From NCBI GenBank assembly GCA_040754095.1, contig JBFMFO010000003.1, positions 57,401 through 121,400 on the forward strand: a stretch of 64,000 nt of DNA, given 5' to 3'. Below are positions 60,235-64,000 of the stretch, in pieces (the stretch's first letter is position 1; each line of letters opens with the position of its first letter). The position numbers and the translations under genes were made by a program. The DNA is from Thermodesulfobacteriota bacterium (GTDB lineage: Bacteria > Desulfobacterota > QYQD01). A model generated the notes under the pieces. That model had not been told where the DNA came from. It did not search any database and was given only the letters and a program-made list of their open reading frames with translations.

Positions 60235-62634
60235 TTATTTCTCTTCCTTCATGAAGGCCTTTACATGTTCGGCCATCTTTTTCAGATTTTGATCCACCCG
60301 GCAGAATACGGTTCCCTCGTCATAGGTCCCGTCTTCTTTCCGCTTGCCGGCCTCCATGCCGGTAAGGATCTCGATGCCTTCTTCCACTGTGGAAATGGGA
60401 TAGATATAGAATTTGCCCTCCCGGACCGCCTCCACCACGTCTTTTCGTAGCATCAAATCCTTTACATTTCGTTCCGGAATAATTACCCCCTGTTCGCCGG
60501 TCAGGCCCAGGGCCTTGCACACCTCGTAAAAACCTTCGACTTTTCGTGTAACTCCGCCGACGGGCAAGATTTCCCCTTTTTGGCTTACTGCCCCGGTGAC
60601 GGCTATGCCTTGATAGATCGGCACATCCGCCAGGCTGGAGAGCAAGGCAAAGAGTTCTGCCCCGGATGCAGAGTCGCCTTCGACCAGGCCGTAGCTTTGC
60701 TCGAAACAAAGCGTGGCGGATAAAGTCAATGGTTTGTCATGGGCAAATTTTTCTTTCAGGTATCCACCGAGGATCATAACCCCTTTGGTATGGATACGCC
60801 CGCTCAGCTCGGCTTCGCGGTCAATGGTTACGACCCCTTCCTTGCCGATGGAGACATTAGCGGTAATACGGGTCGGCCTTCCGAACGTATAATCGCCAAG
60901 GTCATATACTGAAAGTCCGTTTACTTGCCCGCTTATGCGGCCGTCAGTCTGGATCTTTATGGTTCCTTTGGCTATGGCTTCTTGTACTTTTTCTTCATAG
61001 AGATTGGAGCGATATCTCTTCTCGGTGATGGCTTTTTCGACGTGGTCAGCCGTGATATATTCCTTTTTATCTTCAGTGGCCCAGAAGTGGGCTTCCTTGA
61101 CTATGTCATATATTTCCGCAAGCTCCAGGGTCAGCTTGTTCTTATCGCCGGACAATTCCGAGCTGTATTCGATGAGGCGGGCCACGCCGGTCTTATGCAG
61201 GGGCCTGAGATTTTGTTTATAAACCATGGTCTTTAAGCAGCTTATAAACTGCTCCAGCTTGGCCGGTTGATTGTCCATTTCCACGTCAAGATGCGCCTTG
61301 ACCTTGAACAACTCTCTGAATGCCTCGTCATAATTGTAAAGTAAGTAATAGATATATGGATCACCGATGAGGATGGTTTTTACCCGCAGCGGGACAGGTT
61401 CCGGCTTGAGGGTTTTGGTTGTGATGTAACCAAATTGTTCGGCGAGGCCCTCGATGCGTATTTCCTTATTTTTTATAGTCCTTTTCAGCGCCTCATAGGA
61501 AAAAAACCACTTCAAGAGATCCAGCACCTTGATAATTAAATACCCTCCATTGGCTTGGTGCAGGGCGCCGGGCTTGATCATGGTGAAGTCGGTGAAAAGG
61601 GCGCCGAATTGGGCCTTGTACTCTATGGTTCCAAAGAGGTTCGGATAGTTGGGATTGGTGCAATAGACCACCGGGGCCCCTTTAAGTTTCGAATTATCTA
61701 TGAGCACATTGACCTCATAGCGCGTAAATGACGGGGCGGGAGCAGCTATTGGGAACGGCCCGGCAGGCGCGGCCTTTTGTTTAAAGTCATCTATATGCTT
61801 GACCACGTCATCCTGTACATCCTGCAGGTAGGTGACTACGGCCGGATACGATCTGTATTTTTCTTTGAGGTCATCGATAAAATGGCCTACGGCCTGGAGA
61901 GTTACGTCTCTATCCAACCCCTTTAACTCGGTGCGAAATTCCTTTTCCATCTGTTGTATCTTGTGAGCGGCAATGTTCATTTCTTTTTGCAGGGCCTCGC
62001 TTTTAGCCCGGAGCCCGGCCCTCTGCCCGTCAGAAAGGGCTTTGATATCCTCCTGCGCGAGGGGTGTCCCATCTTCTTTGGCCGGGATGACCATCATGCC
62101 GCCTTGATCTACATTCAGGGCAAAACCTTCCTGCCTGGCCCGTTCTTCCAGTTCTTCAAAGATTTTTGCCCGGCGAGCGTTAAAGCCCTTAACAATTTCT
62201 TCCTTGCGCGTCAGATAGTATTCACTTCCAAAGACCTCAGGTATCTGCATCTTGAGATTTTCGATGAGTTCTTCCATATCCTTCTGAAATTCTCTGCCCT
62301 CGCCTACCGGAAGTTCTATAGCTATCGGCTTGTCCGGTTCCTTGAAATTATGCACATAACAACAATCGGGAGGCACATCCTGTTTGTCGGCTATATCTTC
62401 CAGAAAGGATTTGACGATGTAGCTCATGCCCGTATTCGGAGCGCCGGCCATATAAACATTATATTCCAGGTCTGACATCTTAATGCCGAACTTCAGGGCA
62501 TTAACCGCGCGTTCCTGGCCTATAACGCCATTTTTCAGGGTAAGCACTTCGTCTGTGGTGGTAAACCCAAGGGTTTCCGGATCACAGGTCCTTCTCAATT
62601 CGTGAATAGACGCTTCTTTAAATTTTTTCGCCAT
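60235..62634 (-). CDS. Lon-like protease (COG1067/LonC-type) with a degenerate AAA+-like module
   Basis: C-terminal Lon proteolytic domain with Ser-Lys dyad context (GDSASGAELFALLSS ... PVGGVTRKVEGF). In the N-terminal ATPase-like region Walker A reads GAPNTGMS (Lys replaced by Met) and no hhhhDE Walker B is evident. Confidence 0.8.
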   Translation of the reverse strand: MAKKFKEASIHELRRTCDPETLGFTTTDEVLTLKNGVIGQERAVNALKFGIKMSDLEYNVYMAGAPNTGMSYIVKSFLEDIADKQDVPPDCCYVHNFKEPDKPIAIELPVGEGREFQKDMEELIENLKMQIPEVFGSEYYLTRKEEIVKGFNARRAKIFEELEERARQEGFALNVDQGGMMVIPAKEDGTPLAQEDIKALSDGQRAGLRAKSEALQKEMNIAAHKIQQMEKEFRTELKGLDRDVTLQAVGHFIDDLKEKYRSYPAVVTYLQDVQDDVVKHIDDFKQKAAPAGPFPIAAPAPSFTRYEVNVLIDNSKLKGAPVVYCTNPNYPNLFGTIEYKAQFGALFTDFTMIKPGALHQANGGYLIIKVLDLLKWFFSYEALKRTIKNKEIRIEGLAEQFGYITTKTLKPEPVPLRVKTILIGDPYIYYLLYNYDEAFRELFKVKAHLDVEMDNQPAKLEQFISCLKTMVYKQNLRPLHKTGVARLIEYSSELSGDKNKLTLELAEIYDIVKEAHFWATEDKKEYITADHVEKAITEKRYRSNLYEEKVQEAIAKGTIKIQTDGRISGQVNGLSVYDLGDYTFGRPTRITANVSIGKEGVVTIDREAELSGRIHTKGVMILGGYLKEKFAHDKPLTLSATLCFEQSYGLVEGDSASGAELFALLSSLADVPIYQGIAVTGAVSQKGEILPVGGVTRKVEGFYEVCKALGLTGEQGVIIPERNVKDLMLRKDVVEAVREGKFYIYPISTVEEGIEILTGMEAGKRKEDGTYDEGTVFCRVDQNLKKMAEHVKAFMKEEK

Positions 62635-62718
62635 AAGCCGTTCCGTGTAAGAGAATTAGTCTGTCAGGATGCTTTACTCTACATGAAAAACGATATGGTT
62701 GGCAAGTGAAAACGTTTT

Positions 62719-62853
62719 CCCTGATCACCAGCAAGACATCATCTGCAGCGTTGACTTCGATCGCTCCTCCTTGCGGCGTATTGCTCCATACGCCTCAGTC
62801 GTCGCTCCTCGGCGCCTTGCATCTAATATCTTGCTGGTGATCAGGGATATCCC
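62719..62853. other. 17-bp perfect inverted repeat (ccctgatcaccagcaag / cttgctggtgatcaggg) enclosing ~80 bp of GC-rich sequence
   Basis: Read directly from the sequence. Could form a long-range stem in an RNA or be an operator-like palindrome. Confidence 0.5.
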
Positions 62854-62957
62854 ATAACCTGCTGATGTTAATTTTGATAGCCAAATTAAACGGCGGATTC
62901 GGGTGTTATATTAGCGTATAGCGGGTAGGGGGAGGGGCCGGGAAGGTGGTCTTTTAA

Positions 62958-63512
62958 TCACGACTTTTTGTTCCATAGGTCCGTAAAATATTTGACCTGG
63001 CAACTGTGCTCTACGGACGAAAGAACCACAAATGCCTCATCGACCGTGTTTCCCCGGGCAAAGACGCCGTGTCCTCTGACCAGAACAGCTTTGTGATCGC
63101 ACAGGGCCGCGGCTGCACTTTGGGCCAGCCCTCTGGACCCTACGCCTCCCTGAACAATGGGTATTTCGTGGAGTAGATAAACGCTTTCTGAATCCTCGGG
63201 GCGCAGCTCGGTTCCGGCCGGGTACAAGAGAGACAGGACTACAGCGAATTCAGAGTGGCCATGTAAGATAGCGAGAGCCGAGGTTCCCTTGTAGATTTCC
63301 CTGTGGACGACCAGTTCGGTTGAGGCTATCATATCCAGTGAAGACGGCCCGGAAAGGGAAACCTCCACAATCTGGCCTTCCAGTTCGTCGAGCATGCTCC
63401 CGGTCGTGCTTATCAGGATCCGGTCCCCGATACGCTTACTGACGTTGCCGAAATGCGAATGTGCCAGCCTTTGGGCGACCATTTTCTTCCCGTATTTGAT
63501 TAACTCTTCCAT
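62958..63512 (-). CDS. Class II aldolase/adducin-family protein
   Basis: HSHFGNVS ... ILHGHSEFA ... LVRGHGVFARG. These are the metal-binding His motifs of the fuculose-phosphate aldolase / MTRu-1-P dehydratase fold. Confidence 0.75.
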   Translation of the reverse strand: MEELIKYGKKMVAQRLAHSHFGNVSKRIGDRILISTTGSMLDELEGQIVEVSLSGPSSLDMIASTELVVHREIYKGTSALAILHGHSEFAVVLSLLYPAGTELRPEDSESVYLLHEIPIVQGGVGSRGLAQSAAAALCDHKAVLVRGHGVFARGNTVDEAFVVLSSVEHSCQVKYFTDLWNKKS

Positions 63513-63558
63513 GGCTAGGACAATCCTTACGGCCTCAAAAAGTCCATCTGCTGCGCGG

Positions 63559-64000
63559 CTACAACTTCATCAATCCTAAGTCCTTGAGCTTATGGTCTCC
63601 GGGCACACCTTCGTTGGTCCATCCTCTATGCCGGTAGTATTCTGTTAAGGCTTTATCATACTGAATTCGGTCGATATTTTCCACCGAGGCGTTCTCTAGG
63701 CCCATCGTTTCGTAAAAGCGGTCGGGCAGAAAATCGTCATCTTTTGTAAATCCTTCCCGGATATTATAGAGTCTTTCCAGGTTCCAGATCCGTTCGCCGA
63801 TCTTATTAAGATCGTCTGCCGCGAAAGTCCCACCGGTTACGGCAGCCAATATATTGGCATATTCTTCTTGCCCGGCCCCCAAGTAAGCAAACTTACATAC
63901 TACCAGGGAATCTACAGCAGCAAAAGTGTCCTGGAATATGGCCAGGTAAGAAGGCTTGCCTGTGAAGGTGCGGGGATCAATAGCTTTGGGCTTACGCAGC
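63559..64000 (-). CDS. Aldehyde:ferredoxin oxidoreductase family protein, C-terminal part (truncated by the window edge)
   Basis: The ORF runs off the window edge. The C-terminal sequence ... SLVVCKFAYLGAGQEEYANILAAVTGGTFAADDLNKIGERIWNLERLYNIREGF ... is typical of the AOR domain 2/3 C-terminus. Confidence 0.65.
   Translation of the reverse strand, partial: LRKPKAIDPRTFTGKPSYLAIFQDTFAAVDSLVVCKFAYLGAGQEEYANILAAVTGGTFAADDLNKIGERIWNLERLYNIREGFTKDDDFLPDRFYETMGLENASVENIDRIQYDKALTEYYRHRGWTNEGVPGDHKLKDLGLMKL

Overview
This 64 kb window is a chromosomal segment of a deltaproteobacterium-like (Desulfobacterota-type) genome, roughly 50-55% GC, with AGGAGG-type ribosome-binding sites. It contains an F1F0 ATP synthase operon in the order b'-b-delta-alpha-gamma-beta-epsilon followed by glmU and then rnr. 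It holds three gene blocks.

(1) Positions 1-5560, all on the minus strand: a LemA / hypothetical / TPM-domain operon, a CbpA-like J-domain protein, a hybrid REC-histidine kinase and an HTH-REC regulator.

(2) Positions 6627-25994, all on the plus strand: a large Che-type chemosensory island. It has three methyl-accepting chemotaxis proteins (MCPs), an MCP-like protein with two tip motifs, a STAS protein, CheY, CheA, CheW, CheR, a multi-pass membrane hybrid HK-REC-HPt kinase, a second REC protein and CheB. A small GIY-YIG gene flanked by hairpin repeats sits between cheY and cheA.

(3) Positions 26249-64000: housekeeping genes. These are ppsA, ahcY, metK, a DUF502 protein, panDC, rsmA (ksgA), tsaD, fba, fbp, a TetR regulator, mreBCD-mrdA-rodA, the ATP synthase operon, an N-terminal-only GlmU-like nucleotidyltransferase, RNase R, a SpoU/TrmH-family methyltransferase, a TPR lipoprotein, an Mla-like MlaD / pseudo-MlaF / MlaE set, a LonC/COG1067-type Lon-like protease, a class II aldolase-family protein and a partial aldehyde:ferredoxin oxidoreductase.

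The most unusual property of the window is an extreme density of short interspersed repeats, in at least five families: G5/C5-run palindromes, GTAGGGTGGGC...GCCCACCCTAC palindromes, a ~300 bp MITE with terminal inverted repeats (TIRs), TGACTAATGACCAGTGAC / GCTGATAGCTGAA mosaic elements, and a ~170 bp TCACGCAAGGCCGCCAAG element. They fill almost every intergenic gap. One copy of the G/C palindrome sits in-frame inside the histidine-kinase gene.

No rRNA, tRNA or CRISPR array was found. Several domain assignments rest on motif recognition without database searches and are flagged as such.
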